From assembly GCA_010909165.1 (NCBI GenBank), contig VJWM01000044.1, forward strand, positions 1,364,001-1,428,000: a stretch of DNA of 64,000 bases, given 5' to 3'. Positions 51,433 to 64,000 of this stretch are shown piece after piece (position 1 is the first letter of the stretch; each line of letters begins with the position of its first letter). This DNA is from Anthoceros angustus (lineage: Eukaryota; Plantae; Anthocerotophyta). Position numbers and translations under genes: made by a program. Below the pieces are notes generated by a model. That model was not told where the DNA came from and did no database searches. It worked only from the letters and a program-made list of their open reading frames with translations.

Positions 51433-51612
51433 CCGCTGCTGTCAGTGCTAAGATCAATACGAAGCCAACCGGCGAAGGATGTGCAAAAAGGAAGCCGGAT
51501 CGGAATCCGGCCGCTCACCTCCTAGGGCACAAGAGAATCGTGATTCGGGGAAAGTTGATGTTTGGACGCATCACTGACGTGGTAGGATGCGTTTAGGGTT
51601 GAGGTCATGGGG

Positions 51613-54020
51613 CTACTCCTGCTTTGAGTGGAGCTTGACGGCTTCGATCACTGCGGAGAAGTCTTGGTCCCCGAGGCCCCAGGCCTTGGCGAGTTTGTAT
51701 AGTTCGTTAACCGAAGCAGCAACCGGCGTGGGCTGGTCCACTTGCTCCGCCATTGCCAGAGCGAGCCGCAGATCCTGCACGTTAACGGCAGCGTTGGGAC
51801 TTGAGAGGTGAGAAAACGGCAGTTAACTGAACCTGGATTAACATTTGGGAATCAGGTTTTTACCTTCTGCTGATGCTTCAAGGGGAATGCTGGTGGGTAC
51901 ACGCCCTTCACCATCGTGGGACCCTTCATGGTCCACATGGGAGCGCTTATGGCGCCCTGTGACAGAACCTATAACACACAAGAACGAGACAGGGTGTTTG
52001 GAGCCGCAGAAGGGAAGGAAGGAAGAAGGAAGTAAGTGTGAGATTCACCTCAATGATGGTTTGCTGATCCAGTCCGACTTTGCTCCCGAGGACTAAGCCT
52101 TCAGAGAAAGAGGCCATCATGCTGCCGTCCGAACCATACATGTGGTGACAGGGCACCAACAGAATTAGATGGAGCTGCTGGACACTTCTTCACTCAAGAC
52201 ACACTGAAACGCAGTGACGAGATAGTCGAACCTCCCCATGATCATGTTCACCACAAGCTTCATAGCTGCGCCTTTGCCGATATCGCCTAGGAAGAACCGT
52301 GACTGCACACCAGACATGGGCCATGAATGGATGGGCCCTGTATGACACAGAGCTCTTCCATCATGACAGTAGTGCTCAACACCATCCGACGACCATAGTT
52401 TGCAGTACCTTGCCCATGACGTCTAATATAGGCGCTGCTTGGTCGTACAGCTCCTTGTCCCCTGCCAGATTGCTTTTAGGCATTCATCCTCAAGCCGGAC
52501 CTGTTTCATGAAAAGGCCACTGGGGCAGCGATGTTTTACTCACCAGCTGTCAGGAAAATCAACTTGCCTTCTTCTGCAGGCTTCTTGGAGCCTGAAACGG
52601 GAGCCTGATGATGAAGAGAAGCATGGTGAACACTATTCCTTGAACAAAAGGTTCACGGTGGAACTTGATCCACACACAGATATCTATCTTGATGATGCTG
52701 CGAGTGTGCAGCTAGGAAACAGAAACAGATCCTCACAAGCACGAGATTGTCCATGTACCAGAATACCTCGAGGAACAAGGCGCCAGTTGAAGCAACAGCT
52801 TCATAAATAGCTTTTGATGTTTCTCCATCCACCGTTGAGACGTCAACGTACCTGTTATGGTCTCCAAACATACGTGAAACTACTTAGAGGCTTACATTGC
52901 ATTCTAGTAGCTTCACAATCGAAACAATCGTCAATACAGCATTAGCGTCCAATGCATGTGCAGGGACTGAGGGCCGTTTCACTGACCAAAACATTTTGAA
53001 TGCAAGGATGGACTACATAATATAAAGGTCTGGTACCCTTTTCCCTTGCCTAATCCCGAAATGGCTCCATCAGCTCCGGAGGCGACCTCAATCTAACACA
53101 AGGTAACACAACTTAGAGGAGCCACAGGAATACCAATATTAGTCATTACCGTGCTCACAGCATATGCGATGGGGAAAAAGATAGAGCGATACTGAACTGC
53201 GGCTGCTGGATCTGCTAACATTGCGAACGTGATGTCACAAGCCGAAGCAGTCTCTGCAGGGGTTTTCCCATGTCTGCATGCAGTGCATAACTTGTCCTGG
53301 TTAGGCTCTTCAAAACTGCCTTCATGAACGAAGCAAGTCAGTAACACTACGATACAATCAACCACCACTTATCCTACTTGGCTCCTTCTTCCACAAGCTG
53401 CTCACACTTGCTGGCAGTCCTGTTCCAAACAGTCACATCGTATCTGCCATTTGTGCTAGCAGATTAGTTCGAGCACACCAAGGCTTGATGAAGTGGACGA
53501 GAAGGCAAGATGATAACTCCACTATTTAGAAGTTAGACACCTACCCTGCTTTCAAGAGATTGCGGACCATGGCAGTGCCCATGATACCCAGTCCTAAGAA
53601 ACCAACAGTTGGAAGACTTCCACTTTCTTCTGTGGAGTGGCCTCAAACGGTGAGGGACAGCACAAACTCTGATGATTTTACAGTAAAGCTGAAAGAAAAA
53701 CCGAGCTTATCGATTATCGCAAACCATCTGGCACGTTGTTGATTTTCACCTGATGATCCAGAGCTTGCTCTGACGGTGAAAGCCCTCCGCGTGAGAAGGG
53801 GCCCCTGCTGCAGACATTCCAGACGAAGTCGAGGGGAAGAGAAGATGGGCAAGCCACTCCTACAGACCCGTCTCCCGAGGGGAAAGCCTACGAACGTGGA
53901 CGGTCTAGGAGGCAGGAAATCGGAGGTGCATACAAGTGGGTGCGGCAGGCGCAGCAATCTGACTTTGGCCAGACCTGTCATGGCTGCTGCCGATGCTGCT
54001 GGAGCAGAGCGAACATACAT
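51613..54020 (-). CDS. GLYR2: Glyoxylate/succinic semialdehyde reductase, plastid type, multi-exon
   Basis: Long transit peptide, VGFLGLGIMG, DITFAMLADP, YVDVSTVDG, GAAMKLVVNMIMG, FPLKHQQK and DQDFSAVIEAVK...*. Confidence 0.9.
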
Positions 54021-54493
54021 AAGGCTTTGTTGTTGGGATTTGGTTGTCTTATCCGATAATTTTCAGATCAGTTGCAATGCGGATAAATAACATTACAACG
54101 CGAATAAATATCATTCAATGTGCTCTGAACTGTACAGTATAGACCTGCTCGGGGACCTCTGGGAGTGTCGACTTGAAGTTTGCCAGGGCATTGGTTAGCA
54201 TCAGGGAGAGGCCTTTCGCAATCAGACGCCGTGTAAATCAACACGGCTCGGACGGTTTCAGGAGAACCCTGATACATATGGTACATGTCTGTGAGTTTGA
54301 CGGGTTCCAGACCAGTTTATCTTGACCTGTGAGTGGCGCACGGGCGAAGTCTAAACTGAATTTCCATCTTGAACCATCAGGAATTCGATTCATACAAAGC
54401 AAGAATCACGACAGTCTCAAGAGTTCTGCGCTTCTCGACTGTTTGCTGAGGATCAAGGATTTCAGGTGAGTGGCAGATGAGGCACATCCGCTT

Positions 54494-56326
54494 TCAACAT
54501 TGATGTGACAAAGCCAAGTCCATGTCCAGCTTTCTTTTCAGGTAAGACCTGTCAGTGCTGCACAACACATACATGCAGAGCAAGTTAACACGGCCCCGAG
54601 AGCAATCCTTTGCTTTATTTACCAGAAGGCAGACACAGCAAGAAGAGCTGTAAACAGCGAAGTTATGCAGGCAAACGGGACAGACCTATTCAAAGTTGGC
54701 CGAGGCGGAATTGCTGAACCACCTGTGGTGCGGGGTTCTACTGACATAGGCACCGCACTTGTCTCGATCGGAGTTGCACCAATCATGTCTCTGTTAGGCC
54801 TGCCTGATGAGTGGACATCGCCTCCAGCCCCAGGAGGTATCGATAACCTTCTGGCTTTGCTGGCTGGGGAGAGAATAATGGGGCCACCCGGAGAAGCTAA
54901 GAGATCCGGCGGCTTGTTGGTTGCCTCTGGTCGCCGCGGCGGTCTTGGAAGAAAGGCGGCCTTGGTTGGGGCAGGCTCACAGACAAAGTATCTGTCAGAT
55001 GCAAATGAAATGTCAGCAAAGTATCACATACTGAGGGAAACGTGGTAGACAGGGGGAGCAAGTAAGGAACCTGTGATCCAATGCATGCTGGGCTGTGATT
55101 CTAGACTTGGGGTCATACGTGAACATCTTTGAGAGGAGGTCTAGGCAGTCATCACTGGCCATGGGAAAAAGGGTTCTCAAGGGAACCGGTGCACAGAACT
55201 GGTACTCCACATAATCTGGGAGTGAAGTCATGTCAGGCCATTGAGACTCTCTCGGAGTGCCGAGAACAGAGAAGATCTTCCCAAGTTGATCAATGTCACT
55301 GGAACCCTGCAAGACAGAATTCAGCTCAGTACACCTGCCAAGAGCAGAAAGGTAACGCACTACCAGCTAGATGAGTCACATGCACAACGATGCGACCAAC
55401 CTGTAGAAAGGGTCTTCTCAAGAGGAGCTCAGCAAAAATGCATGCCGCAGCCCAGACATCAACAGCAGCACCGTATTGTTTGCTTCCAAACAGCAATTCC
55501 GGAGCTCTATACCATCTAGCGAATACCTGACACCATAAATTCAATTCCCAGAACAGTTAGCATCGGCAGCACCATGAAGCTCGGAGACCCAGAAACTGCG
55601 GACCCACTGTCTACCTGATGCGTGAAAGTTCTGTCAGGACTTCCAAATATCCGAGCAAGTCCAAAATCGGCCAGCTTGAGATGGCCATCCGAAGCTATTA
55701 ACAAGTTGTTGGGTTTCAGATCCCTGCAATCACGGAGACAGGCCAAAGCTCAGTGCCCCTGCCCCCACCCAGGACACCACATCAAACCCACCAGAGCACC
55801 ATGCCCATACCCTGACAAACCCACTGACCTGTGCAAGACCCACTTCTTATGGCAGTGGTTCAAGCCCCTCAGCGTCATTTGCATGTAAGACTTGACATCA
55901 GCTGCCGACAGCACAATATTCCGATCCCTTATCACCGCTTCCAAATCGCTCTCCATGAACTCAAACACGAGATGTAAGTTCCGCTTGTGCGGGTACACAT
56001 CCACCAGCTCGATGATGTTGGGGTCCGAGAGCTCCTTCAGCAGCTTGATTTCCCTCAGGGCAGTGAAATTCACGCCCTCCTTCACCTTCCCTAATCTAAT
56101 CTTTTTCACAGCCACCGTGCGGTTCGTCTGCAAAAACGCAAGCGCGCCAGCAACCCAAGAACCCACCACAGTGAGCTCCACCGACAAAGAACCCACAAAC
56201 CCAAAAAGAAGAACCACCCAGCCTAGTCTCCGCATCCCGGCTCACCTCCCGGTCCAGCGCCTTGAACACAACCCCGTAGGTGCCCTCCCCCAGGGTCACC
56301 CCCTTCACATACCGCGTCAACGCCAT
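54494..56326 (-). CDS. CDKD: CDK-activating kinase CDKD (CDK7-like), multi-exon
   Basis: [57 protein letters not shown]. Confidence 0.95.
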
Positions 56327-58496
56327 CCGTGCCTCCCCCCGTCTCCTCCAGCCTGCCTGCCTGCCTTTCCCCTCACCTCCCTTCCGCCCTGGCGCTCACC
56401 ATGAGGGTGGTCGGATGCCGCAGCCCGGTGAATGCGTGCCTGCCTCCCTGGCTGCCGGGTCCGCCATGCTGGTGGGCACGAGCTCCTCTCGCACGGGCTG
56501 CAGCGGCAGCGGCAGCAGCAGGAATCCAAGTCATGCGGCCCGGCTCTGGCCTGCCCTCCCTGGCCTCCCACTGGGTTGTCCGCAGCCGAAGCCGAAGCCG
56601 CAGCCGCAGCGAGGACTATGTCCTGCAGAAAGGTAGACGAGCCCGAGCCGAGGTCGAGATGCGTAGAGCCGCAGCAATCTTTGATGAGGCCAAAGCGGCC
56701 CCGAGGGAGCAAAGCAACCCAGCAGGCTCGCTACTAGCCGTTAACGGACAAGCAGAGAGAGGTCTGCACCTCCACGTGTGCCGCACAGTGCACTCGCCGT
56801 TGCACCGGCCCAGCCCTTCACTCCTCAACGTCGTTTATCTCCACCATCGCTCTCATCACCCAGTCAACGGTCACTTCCTCGCATTCCTCCCCTTGCTTTG
56901 CTTTGCACTCGCAAAATCTCACTTTGCCACACTAGATAACCATTAGGCTTCCCGCATTATTATACCCACTCATTTATCTACACATATATAGACGCGTAAA
57001 TTGCTTTCAATGATAATCACTATACAAAGGTGAACCTATCTCCGGTTGTAAATTATTAAATCGTTGGTTATGTTATGCTGGCAAACAGTAGGCAGAACAC
57101 TAGCATCGTGGCATGATTTGTCTTTTCCTTTTGCCTTTTCGACGAGGATAAACTACTATGTAAAGATGATGACCACATTCAATTAAGATATGGGGACAGG
57201 CTGCTATAACTTAAAGTGATTGACGCGTGCAGCACTGAAAGTGATGAGGCTATTTCATCATGTAGCAACATTGCATTTCAAGCTACTTTGGCTTTCCAAA
57301 TCTTGGAGCCCGACCGAAGCATAAAGGCCAGCCATTATGCTGCGTTTAACTTGCACTTGCATATTGATCTCCTGTGTGCTATAATTTGGTGCTGGCTTGG
57401 GAATTTTTCATTTCATGCTACCTTGTTTTCGATCTAGATCGAATTGTTACTCATTGTTACTCTGCCCCCCTTAGCTTACAAGTGCGGCTTGATGTGCTAT
57501 AAGGTTGCTTGTGTAAGGTTGTAGCTTATGTTTTTTCTGCGTGGTTATGACGCCCATGAGACATTTTGTGGAGTTATGTGGAGTCTTATGTGAAATGATT
57601 TGTGGCTTAACTTGTTTTTGTTCATTGGCAAGAACTTGAATATTTTCCACGAGACTATGATACGAGGGACCTATTTGCACAGTTGATGCCAAAGATGCTA
57701 GTTCCCAGCAATATGAGGAAGAGAGCCACCATTAGAGGCAAGCAAAGGGTGTGGGCGGTATAAAGAAAAACCACATCTTTAGGTGTTGCACAAGAATACT
57801 TGTAGTAGAGTGAGTAGCAATAATAGTACTACACCTTCGATTACTACCATCCGTACTTCCTCTTTCCAAAAGTTCTGAAAATTGATGTTTATTTGCTCAT
57901 AATTCCTACGCAAATGATCGAGATTGTTCACTAGATTTAGCGAAGCTTTTTTCACCTAATCGGATAGAAATGAACAAAAACTGGAAGGAGATCGCTGCCC
58001 TTATATTCATGAGATGGGTTTGGTCTAATTTCGCAGGCGATCAATGAGTTGTGTTCTATAGAAAAAGGAGTATATAATGAGTAAAAATGTATAACGGGTA
58101 GGTATATGATGAGTAAAGTAGATGAAAATATATAATGCGTAAAGTGGATGAGAATAGGTGAAATGCGTACAATGCAAATTGTGTCCGAGAAAAAAACGAG
58201 AGCCGGTTAAACATCTTCCGAATCACTTTCCCCCATAAATCAGGGAAATGTATCAGGCATCCTGGAGTGCCTGAGGTTAAACCACTTATCCGGAGTGCCT
58301 GGGGCGTTTGGGGCCAAATTTCTTAGTCAGACACAATGCCAAAGTGACCGAGTTAGCCTACGACATACAGCTGGAAGAACATTGCTTGTGATATGTTTGG
58401 CTACATTTCGAACCGCATGAAACGCCATTTCATCTTCACGTTCAATGGAGCACCAATTTGTATCCAAGAGCAAAGTCAGAGTCAGTGACTATTTTT

Positions 58497-58660
58497 CGAC
58501 CTGATACCCTTCAGCGAGTTGCCAAGGACACCCCATTGCTGAAAGGAGTCACATAGCGACAAAGATCCCGGTGTGGCCCGACCTGGTACCCTTCAGCGAG
58601 TTGCCAAGGACACCCCATGCTCAAAGCAGTCATATGACGACACAGAGATCCCGTTGTAGC
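58497..58660. repeat. Tandem duplication, ~82 bp unit
   Basis: cgacctg.tacccttcagcgagttgccaaggacaccccat starts at 58497 and 58579. Confidence 0.85.
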
Positions 58661-58800
58661 CAACTGAGCCACTCACAGTCTCTCTATGTAGTTGACAGTC
58701 AGGCCGAATATCCTGAGGAGCTGACAACCACTCGTCAAATCTGGACCTAGACATTCAAAGAAGGCATCCTAGAATTAGAAGGGAAACTTCACGAGTGCAG

Positions 58801-60651
<1,851 letters not shown>

Positions 60652-62143
60652 GTCTACCCTTCTACTCCTCACCAACTCAATTCCGCTTGAGTCCCACCAT
60701 GCATATATAGACCACCGATTCGTATGACAAACCGCCCTTTTCGATAGCTCATGCCGTGAATCTACAAACGTAGGTATTTTGATATTATTCTTGAGGCCGC
60801 AGCAAGGCTTTCGATTTCTTCGTCGGCTTCCCGGTGACCAGACTGACCGATGTTGATACTGCCAGTCTTGTGGGTCACTCGGAAGCCATGCGTACAAAGG
60901 GAAATCCTGATATATGGGCTCGCACCACTAACTTAGAAGGAAGTAGACGCGACGAGGAAGCGGAGAATCCGATTAGGTCTGTACATCTATATTGTGTCCA
61001 AGGAGCCTGGAGGCAACGCAATCTTCTATAACAATCCGCGTCCATTTTAACGCCGTTCAAAATGTAGCCACTAAGTTAGTTAGAGAACCCAATTGGAAAA
61101 TCTTACAAGCACATGGCCTTGGTTCACTTCCTGCCTTTCTTTACTGGGAATGCGGCTTTATCTTCCATGTATCCGAGATGCATCTTGTTAGTTGTCCCAA
61201 TGAACGGGATCAATGTATCACCCATTACTCATTGGCCATGCCATGTTTGTAATGGCTTGTGAAGTTGATACTTATGTGGGTTGGAGGGAATTTTGGTACA
61301 CTCTTGGTACAGATTGGACGGCGAAGGTTGCCATTTACTTAGTTCGAGGGTGACCAAGAGTTTCCATACAAGAGACTCCATTTCTAAATCGGTCTAGGGT
61401 GACTAAGTCTGACCATACAAGACACTCCATTTCTATTTCTAATGGCCCCCGGCCCCATAGGTATAGCCTTTGGCTGCTCTTTATCTTGCTATAGCATTTC
61501 CTTTATCTCGATAGCAACTTGCTAGATAATATTTGTATTTTCTAGATATCTATTCTATAAATATCCCTTGTCTCTTTTGTGTTAATCCTAACATTCTAAG
61601 ACTAATATCTATGGACAAATCCTTCTGTCCATACTCATCCACATGCCACATACAAGAGACTGCATTTCTAAATAGATTAACCATCCAGGTCCAGGTTGGG
61701 CAGCAGCAGGGATGCTGGCTTTACAGGTCTTGAAGTTAAGGGGTATGCGAGTAGGGTACCTCTTCACCTGTTTGCCTTGAAGACCTATCGACATTGGTTA
61801 AGGACTTTAATAAATTCCTCAAGTGTTATGCTAAACCCTATGATGCTAGCAAGCACGGTGCAAAGGCTATCTCTTTCCTAAGCTGACATTCCTTCGGCAA
61901 CCGGCCTTCGTTGCCTGCCAAGGGCAACCACAGCAGATGATGCATCCTTTCAATTTTCCTACACATGACATTGCCGATGCAATATTAAAAAGGGAGCTTA
62001 GTTACTCCTTTTTATTGCGACCCTTAGTGGCCTCCCCATGATGTCCTTTCGAGATGGGCTCGCTCCCTGTCACCTCTCCTCCTTCATTAACGTTTTATGC
62101 TTTCCTAAAAGAAAATTTCATAACTGGTAATTTGCTCCTTATC

Positions 62144-62287
62144 GACTACGTGGCAGATTGCTTTCGCCACTTCAAAGAGCTTTGAAAATTGAAGTGTATG
62201 TGGAGAGGTTTCTCAGACTACGTGGCAGATTGCTTTCGCCACTTCAAAGAGCTTTGAAAATTGAAGTGTATGTGGAGAGGTTTCTCA
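62144..62287. repeat. Perfect 72 bp tandem duplication
   Basis: gactacgtggcagattg...gagaggtttctca starts at 62144 and 62216. Confidence 0.95.
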
Positions 62288-62882
62288 AAATAGTCACAAT
62301 GACGCCATGAGTGTCCGAGATAGAAAAATCTAACCCCCTTTTCTATGCTAGTGTTATTTGCTCAACGTTTTCATAGAGCTTGAACTCAATGCATGATAAG
62401 CACATAGAACATGACTACCGTTTGTCCAGAGCTACAGCCAGCCATCAAGATTTTTACAATTTTTTTCCCAGTCACCAGAGGCCTCAATTTACAAAAATAT
62501 ATTTTTCTCCCACTCACCCGAGGGCTCAAAGTAGCTGAATGTACTCAGATTGAATAGGACACCATGGGTTACATTATCACAATCGTCTCGTACATGTGTA
62601 CCGAAGGACCGGGTTTCCGCGCTTTGTTCCAATAAAGAGCTCTCGCTTTGCTTACACCTCGCCGATCACCGTCACTTTCAAATCATGGCAATTGGATTAA
62701 GCTGGGAGCGCACTGCTTGGCTGTGGCGTCCGCAATTGCTAATAAACCATAGAATGAGGCCATCCTACCACACGAGCCGGATTTCTAGCAGGTCCAAATT
62801 GTATCAAGGTACTACCTCTCCGGTGATAACAGGGTACAGACAGCCGTGATCCGTTCCAAGGCCTAGGCGCAGAGGCCGCAGG

Positions 62883-63998
62883 CTAATGGCCTTGCTTCTC
62901 GTTCCAGTGCTGGAGAAGGTCCTTGCTAGCTTCGTAGGTCGACCAGCAGATGGCTGCGGCAGGGGTGTGGAACATCACACGTGGTCTCAAGCCCTTCCAC
63001 AGCGCCCATGTACCCTCGTGTGCTACAATCTTTCGAACAACATCCAAAATTGATGTGCTGTGAAAACGCTCCGCACCACAAACTCCCTGCATTCGCACAG
63101 CTGGTTCGTTAGGCCCAATTGCGTCCAGCTAGTCAAACAGAATTGCATCAAGAAAGGAGACCGACCGAGTGCTGGCACTTTATATGAGAGGTTAAATCTT
63201 GCAAAGTACCTGAGTTTGCAAACGTGTCTTCACAACATCCAAGGGCGTGGTGATAGCACTCGCAAGGGCTCCAGCCACCCCACCAGCCGTCATATGTGTA
63301 AATAAAGTTTCGTCATCTGACTGAGAGACAGCCTTCTTTGCTGCCTCATATGAAGCAAAATGCACAGCGGTGAACGGGATGTTCATCATGACTGTCGTCC
63401 TGTAAGATGCATAAAAGGCCCTAATACCCTCGTGCTTCAGCATCTGTCTGACGCAGTCTACAAGACCCCTGTAAGGACTTTGCTTCAGCTGCAACCTTTG
63501 CTTTACAACATCCATGGGAGTCAGAACTGCATCACTGGCTGTAGTTGCAACCGCCCCTGCCAATGCATGGGCAAAGGGATGATGGCCCTCCCTGTTACCT
63601 CCAAACTTCTCCTTGCAGACCTCATAGACTGAAAAGTAGACAGCATGTGCTGGTCCAGCTCCTAGTCCCATTGCTCCAATTCCTCTGTACAACCCTGAAG
63701 CACCCTCACTCTTCAGTATGGAAGAAAAAGCTCTCGACACTTGAGTTTTAGCACCAGGAGCGGACAAAACTTGCATGCGTGTCTTAACTGTATCAATAGG
63801 GAACATGGCCATGTGTTCCACCATTCCTGCTACAGATCCAGCGAGCATGTGCTGTTTAAACGTAACGTCATACGAAACTGGGTCTCTCCGTATTTGAGGG
63901 GATTGGTCGTCAATATCCTTCACTGCAACACCTTTGTCACCTGTATACCATTTCTGCCAACCGTTTGCCCCATTATCCTTCAGCACATCACCTTCCAT
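62883..63998 (-). CDS. Mitoferrin-like mitochondrial carrier; exons 63998-63210 and 63086-62883
   Basis: Three Px(D/E)xxKxRxQ repeats (PIDTVKTRMQ, PMDVVKQRLQ, PLDVVKTRLQ), EHMAMFP, GPAHAVYF and NIPFTAVHF. The ATG is 2 nt from the window edge, so the true start could lie outside. Confidence 0.92.
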
Positions 63999-64000
63999 TT

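Overview
This is eukaryotic nuclear DNA from a compact-genome, non-seed land plant, with short GT-AG introns and dense genes. An MTRR-type reductase together with an NSP1-like GRAS gene suggests a hornwort, but this is inference. The window has two halves. (1) Positions ~1-16.2 kb are an intron-poor, GC-rich, heavily rearranged repeat zone. It carries frameshifted remnants of several divergent HECT-type E3 ubiquitin ligase domains: one well supported, one moderately supported, two speculative. These have serial internal tandem duplications and A/T-stripped C/G patches, and the zone also holds a tandem array of long hairpins and a CCTCCCCATGG-based GC satellite. Many indels here may be long-read or assembly errors. 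(2) Positions ~20-64 kb are ordinary gene-dense euchromatin: NSP1/SHR-clade GRAS, a small conserved coiled-coil protein, dienelactone hydrolase, Enhancer of Polycomb, PRP43-type DEAH helicase, a spliced pseudogene, purple acid phosphatase, an MTRR-like diflavin reductase that apparently has an N-terminal membrane anchor, two single-domain Gnk2/DUF26 secreted proteins, GLYR2, CDKD, YY1-like zinc finger and a mitoferrin-like carrier. No rRNA, tRNA or CRISPR array is supported. All homology calls come from motif recognition by eye; no database searches were run.
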